Assembly: GCA_964016885.1 (NCBI GenBank)
Contig: OZ024752.1
Location: 16,244,001-16,308,000, forward strand
Direction: 5' to 3'
DNA: 64,000 bases
Origin: Eledone cirrhosa
Taxonomy: Eukaryota
This document shows positions 1 to 11,045 of the stretch, one piece after another (positions within the stretch are counted from its first letter, which is position 1; each line of letters starts with the position of its first letter). The position numbers and the translations under genes are program-made. Under the pieces are notes generated by a model. It was given only the letters and a program-made list of their open reading frames with translations. It did no database searches and was not told the origin of the DNA.

Positions 1-1
1 G

Positions 2-784
2 TGCAACCCCGAAGAACTAGAGAGACACATACAACACTTCATCCACCGTATGCAGTTCTCTGGCTACAATCAGAGAGATAGAATCAGAGTGTATAGAGGA
101 GCCAGAACCAAATGGGAAAAAATGGTAAATAATGACATAAATGGGACCTGCCCCTTGTATAGGAGCAAATTTTGGAATAGAATAGAAAGAACTAGGAACA
201 AGGCCAATAGAATAAACTCATGGTATGATAGCAATAAATACCAGAGTGTAATGTTCATCAATACAACCCCTAGAGGCGAACTAGCCTACAAATTTAGAAG
301 GGCCCTAAATAAACATAAACTCAATATTAAGATAGTAGAAAGACCAGGCACCTCCGTAAAAACACTTATTAGCAAAACATACCCGTTCCAAAGACCCTCA
401 TGTATAGATAAGAAATGTATAACCTGTAAAATAAGCCCCCATATTAACTGTAAAACTAGAAATGTAGTGTATAGCATAAGATGTACTGAAGGACAATGTA
501 GAAACAAAAATATAGTGTACATAGGTGAGACAGCTCGTAGTATAGGGGAACGAATAAATGAACACTGGCGAGACCTTCAAGATAATAAAGAATCATCTGT
601 GCTCTACCAACATGCTAAGATAGAACACATGGGTAGATTAGAGAACATAGAAATAAAAATAGAATCCACACACAGAAAAGATGCAATGTTTAGGCAAATT
701 ACAGAGGCAGTAAGCATAAAAGAATTACAACCAAAATTAAATAGAAAATATGAGTGGAACAGCAACATCACAACTTACAATTAA
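2..784 (+). CDS. 3' part of a Penelope-like retroelement ORF: RT thumb, Cys-rich linker and GIY-YIG endonuclease (partial, begins before the window)
   Basis: Frame is open from base 2 (CNPEELERHIQHFIHRMQFSGY...). Linker CIDKKCITC...C precedes VVYSIRC...YIGETARSIGERINEH, then R..TEAVSI...PKLN, the GIY-YIG motifs of PLE ORFs. No stops. Confidence 0.9.
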   Translation, partial: CNPEELERHIQHFIHRMQFSGYNQRDRIRVYRGARTKWEKMVNNDINGTCPLYRSKFWNRIERTRNKANRINSWYDSNKYQSVMFINTTPRGELAYKFRRALNKHKLNIKIVERPGTSVKTLISKTYPFQRPSCIDKKCITCKISPHINCKTRNVVYSIRCTEGQCRNKNIVYIGETARSIGERINEHWRDLQDNKESSVLYQHAKIEHMGRLENIEIKIESTHRKDAMFRQITEAVSIKELQPKLNRKYEWNSNITTYN

Positions 785-991
785 GGACAAAATGAAAACA
801 CACACACACATAGAACAAACAACCAACCAACAATAAATAAATAAATAAATAAACAAATAGATAAATGAACACAAACACACACAGACACCCGGATGTGGCG
901 CATGCGCAAACTGAGCACACAACACACACACAGAAACAAAATGGCGTAGGATAGAAAAAGGAAAGGCACAGAAACAAAGAAAGGAATCCCC

Positions 992-1036
992 AGTCACTGA
1001 AGAGGTCACAGAGTGTGTGACGAAAGGACTATGACT
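992..1036 (+). ncRNA. Minimal type I hammerhead ribozyme (PLE-associated)
   Basis: AGTCA-CTGAAGA-G-GTCACA(gagtg)TGTGAC-GAAA-GGAC-TA-TGACT. Stem I AGTCA/TGACT, stem II GTCACA/TGTGAC, very short stem III, cleavage triplet CUA. Confidence 0.75.
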
Positions 1037-1194
1037 ATATATAAACAACTATCTGGTTGTGGAACTAACTAACCAACCAGAAATTTATAGGTTTGTAGAT
1101 TTGTAAATTTATAAATTTATAAATATATAATAAATTGAAGTGAAAGCAACTGGTGCGTGTGTTTCTTATTGGCAACATGACCCTCCCAAAGTAT

Positions 1195-1243
<49 letters not shown>

Positions 1244-1261
1244 ACTATGAAATATATTTAA

Positions 1262-1584
1262 CTATGTCGGTGCCACTTCTACAGAAGTTATAAAAGTCGC
1301 TGAAATAACCACAATTTTTCTTTCCGAAGATTTGATAAAAAACTTCTCTTTCAAACCTGACATGGAACTTAAAATGCAAGAATATGGACTATTCATTATC
1401 TTGGGAAACAGCTTCAAAAGCCCCCGCGTACCGAAACACAGCTTCATTTAGATTCTGCAAATTGTGTATTGAGGAAATTTTTTATATACTTAACTGTAAA
1501 AGCTCTATTAATCTAAGAACGAATTTATTTAATTCTTGTAGACATCGCCAGAATTCAACATTCACAATTATATATAACTTATAA
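1262..1584 (+). pseudogene. Decayed GIY-YIG endonuclease C-terminal fragment
   Basis: YVG motif, R-x-x-x-H, CxLCxxE and N-x-R...CRH motifs, interrupted by a stop and frameshifts. Confidence 0.75.
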
Positions 1585-1825
1585 TTATACTTATAATATT
1601 CCTATTAATCTCCATAACAATCTCATCCACTTGGTTTTAATATATTGATATCTCTAAATCATAATATCTCTAACATTTGCTGTACTTCCACTTCTTAAAA
1701 ATGTTCATATAATATATACGTATATAATTCTAATTTTAAAAATTTTAATTTTAATAATTTTTTATTTCTTTAAAAATTACTCATCTCTTAAATAAATTTT
1801 ATTTTTTTCTCAAAAAATTTTCAAA

Positions 1826-1930
1826 ACTTTTTTTTTTTTCAATATTTTTTCAATATTTTTTCAATACTTTTTCAATATTTTTTCAATTCTTTTTCAATAT
1901 TTTCTCAATATTTTTTCAATATTTTTTCAC
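1826..1930. repeat. Minisatellite of ~11-12 bp (TTTTTTCAATA)n
   Basis: About 8-9 imperfect tandem copies. Confidence 0.8.
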
Positions 1931-2676
1931 TAACTGATTCTGGCTAAATGTATCTTAAACATCCATACATATTTTGACTAAATAATCTCACACTAACGAA
2001 TAAATAAATAAAACCGGAGTTTTTTCCTTATCTTCCCTTATCTTATTCTTACTTAACTCAGTTAATTTAATTTAATTTAATTTAATTTAATTTAATTTTA
2101 AATCATTCTCAATTTTAAATACATATTTATTTACATAAAATACAAAACCAATATCCCTCATAACTCATCAGAACAACTATCTATAACATGATATACCCAT
2201 CTATTTATTTATTTATTTATCTACTTATAACAGAAGAAAAATATTATATTATAAACAAATTTTAAAACAACTAATAATCGTAAAATATCCTTTTAATATA
2301 AATACACATACTATTAAAATATATACTTACATATATACATAGATAATTGTTCGAATATATTTCACTCAAATTAACGTTATATGAGTTTTTTTATTCATCT
2401 TCGCTTTTTTCCTTCTCTCTCTCTCACTATTTTGTCCTTCTTCTCTTCTCTCTTCTCTCTTCTCTCTTCTCTCTTCTCTCTCTTTCTTACTATCATACTA
2501 TCATAAACTCTCCATAGTCGTTTAAATAAACGGTTGTTTTTCAATTATTTACATATTCATTTGCATATTCACCCATAAGTTTGAAAAATCCCTAATACAT
2601 TTCCACTATCCAGAAAATACCCAACTGGTAAGGTATGATTTTCCAGGGTATGTCTCTATTTATAAAACAAACTTTG

Positions 2677-2739
2677 TATTTTATCTGAAGAAAGCGTACC
2701 AAAGTCTTTTGGTACCCTTGAAAAATATATAATAAAATA
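2677..2739 (+). ncRNA. Minimal type I hammerhead ribozyme
   Basis: TATTTTAT-CTGAAGA-AAGCGTACCAAA(gtct)TTTGGTACCCTT-GAAA-AATATA-TA-ATAAAATA. 8-bp stem I, long stem II, near-palindromic stem III. Confidence 0.75.
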
Positions 2740-3121
2740 AATATGGTTTTATAAATATAGCTTCCATTTATTTAATATCATTGTGTAGATAGATAGATAG
2801 ATATGTTTCTTTTATTTGCCACAAGGGCATCAAAAGTGGGACAAGTACAATGGGGGAGTTTACAAAACAAGGCGTCCTCAATAGGGAGGAGGCAATAACA
2901 ATATATGAAAATAAAATAAAATATAACAAAAAATAGAATTATAACAAAATCCTCAATAGAGGATTTTGTTATAAAATATAACAAAAAATAAAATTTATAA
3001 CAAAATCCTCAATAGAGAGGGGGCGCCTTGGGGGGTCGCACACACCCCCGAAAAAAGTGTGCAACCCTTTTCCTCAGGAGCACAGAGAGGTGGTGCTCCC
3101 TCGTTCCTTCCTCTTTTCCAC

Positions 3122-6100
3122 CTACAGGCTCATGTAAAGAGAAGGCCCATTCACACGGGCCATTCTCGCCACTTTCACCCACCTTTCATAAAAACGACTG
3201 GGGTGCAGCACCTCTCTCTCCATCCTGATCCTTCTTCCGAAATGATATCGGAAGAAACGGACCAGTTGTTGGCCAGAAAGAAAGGTGCCTGACCTCAGTC
3301 CTTTCAGACGCGTCCACCATACAACCTCTTTCGCCATGGCTATTACGCACAGAAACACCGCCTCTGCTTCATCTTTGAAGGGGGGAGGCGGCTTGATCAT
3401 TACAATAGACTCGGTGGTCAACCGGATCGGTCCCATCCTTGACAGCAGTTGTTCGACATAGCCCCACAGATCGGCTACGCCCGAGCAGTGTACCAATGCG
3501 TGTGCAACGGTTTCCTCGTCGCACACGCATCTGGGACAGATCTTTTTGGCGGGGTCCCTACCCGGGCGCCCGTGTCTGTAGAGCCTTTCTCGAACGGGTA
3601 AAGCTCCTCGGTAGCACTGCCAGGCCAGGGACTTCTGGAAGTTGTCCATAGGTCCCGGGCTGAATGTCCTACCGAACAGGCTGGCCAGTTCGTCCTCCTC
3701 CATGTCTAGGGCTTCTCCGAGGGCGTCGTCGCACCTGCTGCGTACCAGCCCTCTATAGAATGTTGCGGTGGAGTCTCCACTGATAACCGGATCCGCCTGC
3801 CAGAGGGCGGTGAGCGCCTGGGAACACTCAGTGTGCCAGGCGCCCAGTTTTCTCGGTCTTTGCTTGACCCAGGATTGCAGCTCGGTGAGTGAGACGAGTC
3901 TGGGAAAGGTTCGTCTCACAAACGAGGCCCACACCGGTTGTCCGGTGAGGAATACGTAGAGGTGCCGTAGCCTTAATGCGTGTTTACGCATCATTAGCCA
4001 CGGCATCCCCAGCCCTCCTTTCGAAGGGTGTTGACAGCAGATGGATCTCCTCAACATAGGAGCCCGCCTCTTCCAAAGGAATTGGAAGAGCGCGCGCTCC
4101 ATCTTGGTGAGGGTTTCCCTTGAGCAGGGCACTACGGTCAGGCGGTAGTAGATGACGGACGCTATGTAGGTGTTCGCCACCTCCGCCCGACCTTTCAGGG
4201 ATAGTTTGCAACTGGCCCACTTCTGGGTCAGTGCAAACACCCTGTTCGTAACCTCCGCCCAGTTTTTCTCCACCTGGAGGTCCGGTCCGAACCAGACTCC
4301 GAGCAACTTCACCGGGCCCTCCGTCCAGCGTCCGACGACGCCATCGGAGGGCATCGGTCTGCCCCTCCACGTGCCGAGTTGCAAACCGATCGACTTGTCC
4401 CGGTTCAGCTTAGCCCCTGTGAACTTTTCGTACTCCTCCAGTAAGGTGCCGACCGCCTCGATTTCGGAGGCCGTCGACACCATTACTGTCACGTCATCGG
4501 CGTAGGCCGACACCGCTTTCCGCAATCCCGGTTCCAAAGGGATGCCCTGCAACAACTCCAACTTCCGCAGTAGTGGCTCGAGAGTCAACACATACAGAAG
4601 GGAGGAGAGAGGGCACCCTTGTCGGATGGACCGCGCGATTTTGAACGGCTCCGAGAGGTAGCCGTTCACCTTGACCCTAGAGCAGATGCGGCTGCTGTGC
4701 ATAGCAGTGATCCAGCCCCTGAAAACGGGTCCGAAGCCTGCCGCCGCTTGTTCTCGTCCTTCCTCACTAGCGTGACTACGCCCTTGGTCACAGTACAGGG
4801 AATTCTCGCGTTCTGTTGCCAGTTGCAGTAGACCGCCTCCAGGAGATCGGGGAACAAGTCCGGCATAGCTAGATATAATTCGTAAGGAAGACCATCGAGA
4901 CCCGGGGATTTGCGTTTGCCGCATTGGCTCAGCACGTCCTCTATCTCAGCGGCCGAAATCGGCTCCTCGCAGGACTTCGCCTCCCTGTCCGAGAGGCGCG
5001 GCAGGCCGTCGAGATATGGACCGTAGTCTACGTTCCCAACCGGCTCTCCGCCCCTTCCGAACAGTCGGGCAAAGTGCCTTTGAAAGGCCTCACACATCTG
5101 CTTAGGCTCAAGAATCGCCCGTCCATCCGCAAAGACCGGATGGTGGATTTAGTTCCACTGTTGGCCTCTGTCACGCGGGCCCAGCTAACAGCTTTGGTCC
5201 CCTCGTTCCCTAGAGCACGTATTTTACTTCGGACAACGCAGCCTTCGTGCTTCGCGTCGAAAAACTGGCTCAAAGCCGTTCTCGACGCTAGCACTCTGGC
5301 CACGTCGCCGCTTCTAATTGCCTCTTCTACTCTATCTATTAGCTCCCTTTCCTTCCTATTCCTATCCGCAGCTAGAACCTTACTAAATTCTATCGAGACT
5401 ACTCTAATCTCTCTCTTTAGAGATACCCACCACCTGCTGTTGACGATCGCTCCAGTCAACCGTTCCTTAACTAACGTACTAATCCGATTCCTGTAGGCTC
5501 TACTTGCCGGCAAGGACAAGTTGAGCTTCCAGTAACCGGGGCCCTGTCTATGAGTTCTGTCAAGGTTGACCATGCAGGTCACTAATTTGTGGTCTGAATA
5601 GTCAACCATGCGCATTTTTGGACAACTTAAAAAGTCCTTATCCTTAATTCTAACTAAGAACCTATCTAGGTACGACCTAGATGATCCGCTACGATTTGCC
5701 CAAGTCCAGGTTGGCGCAGTCGGAAAATCGAGTCGATATCTATCGGCCAGGTCAAATCGACCGATTAACCCTTTGAGGCTATTACACCCCTCTCTATCGG
5801 GGCAGGCCCCTACGTAGTCCCAGCGTGCATCTAGGATACCATTCCAGTCCCCCACTAATAGCAAGGAGCGGGACGTCCCTAGAAAAGTCTCCAGACGATG
5901 GAAGAAGTCCGGCCGCATTGACCCGAAAGGGCCGTAGGCGGCTACCAACCTAAACGCTCCGCCTTTACCACTGCCAAGGTCCAGAACCACTAGTCGACCC
6001 TCCGGGTCCAAATGTACCATCTGTGTTGCGAGACCCAGATGTTTTTGCAGCAGAACGACAACTCCACCCCCACCTCCGGGCTGACAGAGAGATGTGTGCA

Positions 6101-6269
6101 TCTCAAAGTCATCAAAGGTGGGGGCCAGCTGTCGCACGTTGCTGATCCGGGCCTCGCAAATAACCATCACATCTATACGTTGTGACCTGAGGTCATTTAG
6201 AAGCATTGCTTGCTTCCAAGTTGAGCCCAGGCCACGCGCATTTAAACAGCCCACTCTTAGCATAGCCAT
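3122..6269 (-). pseudogene. LINE ORF2 (APE endonuclease, reverse transcriptase, zinc-binding domain), broken into three frames
   Basis: APE: LNARGL, ICEAR, LLVGDWN, YLDRFLV, SDH. Linker PGYWKLN, KSPGLDGLPYELY. RT: SIRQGCPLSSLLY, AYADD (~4493-4504), KLLGV. C-terminal CPRC...ETVAHALVHC. Frameshift near 5100 and a deletion near 4750. Confidence 0.92.
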
Positions 6270-6293
6270 GTTGGTGGTGAAGAGAAAAGGCAC

Positions 6294-7350
6294 TTACCTC
6301 TCTGCGTCCCGAGTATCGGGCTGCACAATTTCCATTAGGGTGGGGGATGGGTTGTTGGGTGGGGTGGTGGTTTGTGGAAGTGTGGGGGCATCAGTGTGTT
6401 GTGTGGTTGGCGAGCTTGGAGTTGTGTGGGTGTTTGGGGAGGGGGTGGGATAGTTTTTTAGGAGGACGCGGTTAATGGGCCCGACGCAGGGGGGACCCAC
6501 GTCCTCTTTAAAATTGTTTTTTAAAGTTTTATAGGTGTCCTGTGGGGCCTTAATCATTTTGAGGTGGGGGAAATCCCCTGCCTGGGTGAAGTTAGGCCCT
6601 TGTGATTTTATTAGATTGTTGTTGTACACAATGTTTAACAGTTTTTTGTTTCTTGTATTTATGTATGTGTATGCATGTTTTTGATTTTGTGTGGTGTTTT
6701 TTGTTTGCTGTTGTTGTGAGCTCTTTTGTGTTGGTGTCAGTGTTATGTTTTGGGGAGGGTTTTTTTTCATTTGTGTGTCTGAGGTGTGTTTTCTTTTTTT
6801 TCTTTTGATTGTGTGGAAGTGCTCCTCCTCGTCTGACGACGAACTAGGGTCATCTTCCGCGTTGGAGGGGAGGGGTATATTTTCGGGTTGTGTTTGCGGT
6901 ACGGGTGTTTTGGAAATTGTTTTTGTTTTTTGAGTGGAGGGGGTGGGTTGGACATTGTTTTGTTTTGGTTTGAGCTGTGGTGGTTGTTTTTGTAGTGGTA
7001 GTTGTGGTGATTGTGTTGGTTGTGCAGTTGTTGGTGGTGTAGGCAGGATTGGGGTTTTCTTATTAAGTTGGGGACAGACAGCCCTCAGGTGACCTCTGGT
7101 TCCGCAGAGGTAACACGAGGGCCGTCTACCCTCAACGGTAATGTTGATGAAGGTTAGATCATCCAGTATGACGCGTTCAGGGATCTGGGCGATCCTTTCG
7201 GGTCTCATTTGAACTACAAGTTCGAGGCTCGTTCCACTGAACGCGTCACCCGATGCCTTTCCCATGGACACCAACATGTCATCCTCCAGGTCCAGAAAAC
7301 CTGTCAAAACCCACCATATGTCCATAATCGGCAGGATGGTGTGGATTTTA
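6294..7350 (-). CDS. LINE ORF1 (gag-like, zinc knuckle), 5'-truncated
   Basis: EGRRPSCYLCGTRGHLRAVCP (CX2CX4HX4C) followed by a P/T/Q-rich low-complexity tail and basic KRKKRK. 343-aa ORF. Confidence 0.85.
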
Positions 7351-7369
7351 TAGATAGATAGATAGATAT

Positions 7370-7466
<97 letters not shown>
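7351..7466. repeat. (TAGA)n microsatellite
   Basis: About 29 units directly visible. A shorter tract lies at 2786-2802 on the other side of the LINE. Confidence 0.97.
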
Positions 7467-7467
<1 letters not shown>

Positions 7468-8097
7468 CGCCTTAAGTGTAAACAATACGATATAAAAGGT
7501 GTTCAATATCGATGTTTTAGTTATATTAATTGCCTTAACCTGAACTCAAACAAAACTAAACTAAGCCAACGCTATCCACGAACTGAAGCTAAGACAATCT
7601 ATGAACCTACACACAATCTTACTCAGCAGATACATACCACTCTAGACATGAAGCAAAACAAATCACTCCAACATAACTATACCCTCCCAGCATGACAACC
7701 AGCCTTCAATAATTGTTGGTATGAGGACGACGGATATCATCCGACTTTAACTGTCCTATTACTTAGTTTTTATATTACTATGGGATCTAATTAATACAAG
7801 AATACAGAATACAGAGCTTCCTTCTGAGGTCGATGTCATTGTAAGACTTCACATTCATAACGGTGTAAACATGATATTAACAAAATGATGATACCTATAT
7901 CAATTTTCTCTTTCTGTTGTTTGTTTTCTGTTATTTTTTAATTTAACCATCGTGTCACGTATTGTCTGCTGTACAACACGTAATACTGTCCTTTCAATAT
8001 ATTGTTATTCCAACGTGTAGCCTGAAAACAGACATTAGAGAAGCCGACAAAATAGAGTGATACATCAGGGAAAAACTTTGTATCGTTTGTCCTTCAA

Positions 8098-8316
8098 TGG
8101 TAGCTGATTGGTGTAATTGCTACAGTATCAGCTAAAACGCCAGTGCGGTGTTACTGGTTCTTTACATTCTGAATTCAAACCTTAACGAGGTCAATTTGGC
8201 ATTTTAGCCATCCAAAGTCGATAAAATAAAGGACTAGTCAGATACTGGGACTGGTTTGATCAACTTTGACCTTCCACTAAGTTTTGAGACCTTGTGTCTA
8301 AATTATAAATCAATAT
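8098..8316 (+). mobile_element. Degenerate tRNA-derived SINE (family A, octopus-type)
   Basis: B-box-like TTCTGAATTCAAA, then GAGGTCAATTTGGC...GTCGATAAAATAAAG...CCTTGTGTCTAAATTATAAATCAATATT. Homologous to the minus-strand copies at 12.6-13.0 kb and 18.3-18.85 kb. Confidence 0.7.
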
Positions 8317-8504
8317 TTTGGGACATTTAAGAAATAAAAGCGAGTATAACCTCAGGTTAGCAATGGCAAGAAACTCTCGGGTGAGCTGGGCAGCAAAAGA
8401 GCTTTCGGATTGTTTCGGCCTTTAACTTCTAGACTTTGTACCTAAATTATAAATCAATATTTTAGGACCTTAGGGAAATGAAAGCGAGTATAACCTCTGG
8501 ATCT

Positions 8505-8945
8505 ACTAACTTAATCTTATTCTTATGCCCCGGGGCAATGAGTTTTTCCAATTTACACGATCAGCTGCGGTATCTTATGTAGTTTCACAGTCCAGTCCAA
8601 TCCTCTGGAGATCTTCTTTGAAAGTTGAACGCCAGGTTTACTTGGGTCTACTCTTTTTTCCGCTTACCACTGACTGGGATCCATCTCTGTGTTCCGATAC
8701 TCAGACATATGCAGAATGCGTCCAGCCTGTTGCAGTCAGCTTTCAGCGATGGTGTCAGTCAGAAGCCTCTGCTTACTTCTGTTCTACATTAATAATCCGG
8801 TCTCGATAAGTGATGTTCAAGATTTTTCTTAGGCATCTTTGTTGGAAAACTTTGAACCTCTCTAGAATTTTGGCAGTTACTTTCCAGGTTTGACTAGAAT
8901 ATATGACAGCTGTTATTGTAAGGCTGTCTAAGAGCTTCAGTTTGA
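8505..8945 (-). mobile_element. RTE-clade LINE 3' fragment
   Basis: Minus-strand translation gives KVFQQRCLRKILNITYRDR, AGRILHM and RPK*TWRSTFKEDLQRIGL...AADRVNW. Short-repeat 3' tail TAAGA. Confidence 0.75.
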
Positions 8946-9199
8946 TCTACTAACAGTTTACCAATAAATACTAACGTAAGATAGTCAATGATAAGATGAC
9001 ATGCATTGTGATCGAATTGGAGGCCTGATAATTTACCATTAAGTCATGCTATGATTTAGAGGGAAGAGGAGTAGAATGGCCTAGACTCTGGTTTCTATTA
9101 CTAGGTTGAGACTTGGAATTTTTAGTGGAAGATATATATAGTGGAAGGTAAATATTTGGTCAATCTATATTTTTTACTCGGCTGTACAAATGAATTGCG

Positions 9200-9385
9200 A
9201 CGTCACTGGTGCCAATCTGTATCAACCATTGCCTTTCTCTTGGACAACATCGGTGGCGTGGAGGGACTGGTATGTATGGGTGACTGCTGGTCTTCCACAA
9301 ATAAAACCTTGTCCAGGCTCGTGCCTCGGAGGGAAACTTTCTAGGTGAAAAACCATGGTCATTTGTGATCGATGGGGCCCTTCCT
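9200..9385 (+). repeat. Interspersed repeat fragment (unclassified)
   Basis: CTCGGAGGGAAACTTTCTAGGTG..CCATGGTCATT (9323-9365) recurs in reverse at 20290-20342. Confidence 0.5.
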
Positions 9386-9499
9386 ATATGGTATTGAGGA
9401 TGAATGTTACCCCTTTTAAGCACGACCTCGTTTTCTTAACAGATTTGTAAATCCTATAAACACACCCTCATTCTCCCCCTCTCTCTCTCCCTCTCTCAC

Positions 9500-9660
<161 letters not shown>

Positions 9661-9671
9661 TGTGGCCGTGT

Positions 9672-9755
9672 GTGTAGAAAAATACTTGCCCAAGGTGTCG
9701 TGTATTGGATAGAAAACAGGACCACGGTGTTTGCGAAGCGAAGTACGTCACCATA
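9672..9755 (-). mobile_element. SINE head fragment (family B)
   Basis: TAGAAAAATACTTGCCCAAGGTGTC...GCGAAGCGAAGT resembles the reverse complement of the tRNA-like head at 45360-45460 and the segment at 42262-42303. Confidence 0.5.
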
Positions 9756-10002
9756 GAGTTAAATCTGTATTAAATCACGTCTGATATAAACTCCTGTTCG
9801 CCAAAACCTTAATTTACTAGTATCTGCTTTCATATAAATCATAATAGAGGACCTGAAGTTTTTAACAGGGAATAGTACAAGTTCTATACAACTCTCGAAA
9901 ACAGATTGGTGTCCCATCTTATCAAATGTTTACCCCTAGGAAATCGTTAAATCACACATTAGTATTCATTTCTCACAATGGCGAAAAGCCATACATTTCA
10001 AA

Positions 10003-10034
<32 letters not shown>

Positions 10035-10360
10035 CCAGCGAGAATCGTATTTCGGCTGGTAGAAAAAGCGAAACGAAACGCAAAATCTTAGAAATGCAAA
10101 ATCGTAGAAAAACTAGAGCTAAATAATATGTTAAAACGCCATACAAACTGAAAAGTGGTCAAGAAGCCATTAACCACCTAAGCCAAAAAAACAAGTCAAG
10201 CTAAACAGGTCAAACAAAATAAATGATATAAATGTATTACCCACTCTACTAAATGTATAAGGAAGTGTGGTAAGGAACCAGGAGGGCCATAACTCACCAG
10301 AGTACTCAATACCTAGGGTAGTAGAGTGGGTAATACATTTTCCTATATATATAGAGAGAA

Positions 10361-10424
<64 letters not shown>

Positions 10425-10738
10425 GGGAGAATAAGGTGGGGAATGAGACGTGGACGACGTGTGTGAAAAATGGTAAACAAAGTTTAAATAAAACTATATA
10501 CGACAAATACATAAAAAGTACTTATACAATGATAGTAGACAGACAGACAGACAGATAGATATGCGTGTGTGAGCGTATGTATATGTGCGTATCTGTGCAA
10601 ATAGTTTACAGTAGTATCGTGATTGGAAGAATAGAACATAAAAGACTAAATAATTCGGATCACCTGAGTTTTACTGTTTCTCAAACTCTACAGTGTATAG
10701 GAAGTAATGACCTCCGACATGAAATTACACGCAATTTG

Positions 10739-11045
10739 CTGAGTATTCTGGGACATTTTGTGTACTCATAACGAAATTCTGAGAGAGAGATTGAGACTAA
10801 CGTTTTTTATAACACGGCTGACCTTTTGAATTACAGGGACAGCTCATCCTTAACTGAGTATTCTGGGACATTATGTGTACCCATAACGAAATTCTGAGAG
10901 AGAGATTGAGACTAATGTTGTTTATAACACGGCTGACATTTTGAATTCCAGGGACAGCTCATCCGACAGGATTCCAAACAGTTTCCGTCAACCCAGAAGG
11001 ATTGGATCAGCCTGAAGCTATGTTAAATGACATTTTCTCAACCCG
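10739..11045 (-). mobile_element. SINE family B body with ~115-bp internal tandem duplication
   Basis: 10739-10849 is repeated at 10854-10964. TTTGAATTACAGGGACAGCTCATCC matches the reverse complement of 45530-45560. Confidence 0.7.

Larger units (their letters stand above)
1..1198 (+). mobile_element. Penelope-like element 3' end (Neptune-like linker) with 3' UTR/pLTR, ending at a (TA)n tract
   Basis: GIY-YIG ORF, then CA-rich UTR, hammerhead motif at 992-1036, and (TA)n from 1199. Confidence 0.8.
1241..2780 (+). mobile_element. Second, degraded Penelope-like element 3' end (different family, Naiad/Hydra-like C-terminus) with long AT-rich 3' UTR
   Basis: Frameshifted YVGATSTE..KSR*NNH..., then CKLCIEEIFYILN...INLRTNLFNSCRH (1262-1584). 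Hammerhead at 2677-2739. 5'-truncated at a (TA)n tract. Confidence 0.75.
2803..7350 (-). mobile_element. L1/Tx1-clade non-LTR retrotransposon, 5'-truncated and internally deleted, flanked by (TAGA)n
   Basis: ORF1 with CCHC zinc knuckle. ORF2 with APE, RT (YADD) and C-terminal CxxC...HxxxxC. 3' end AATAAAAGAAACA abuts a TCTA repeat. GC content is much higher than the flanks. Confidence 0.93.

Noticed and set aside
1300-1302. In-frame TGA in the PLE fragment as selenocysteine
   Set aside because: It is not at a Cys-equivalent position, the fragment is also frameshifted, and no SECIS was recognised.
3028-6955. Plus-strand and alternative-frame ORFs over the LINE
   Set aside because: Antisense or shadow ORFs of GC-rich coding sequence with no recognisable motifs.
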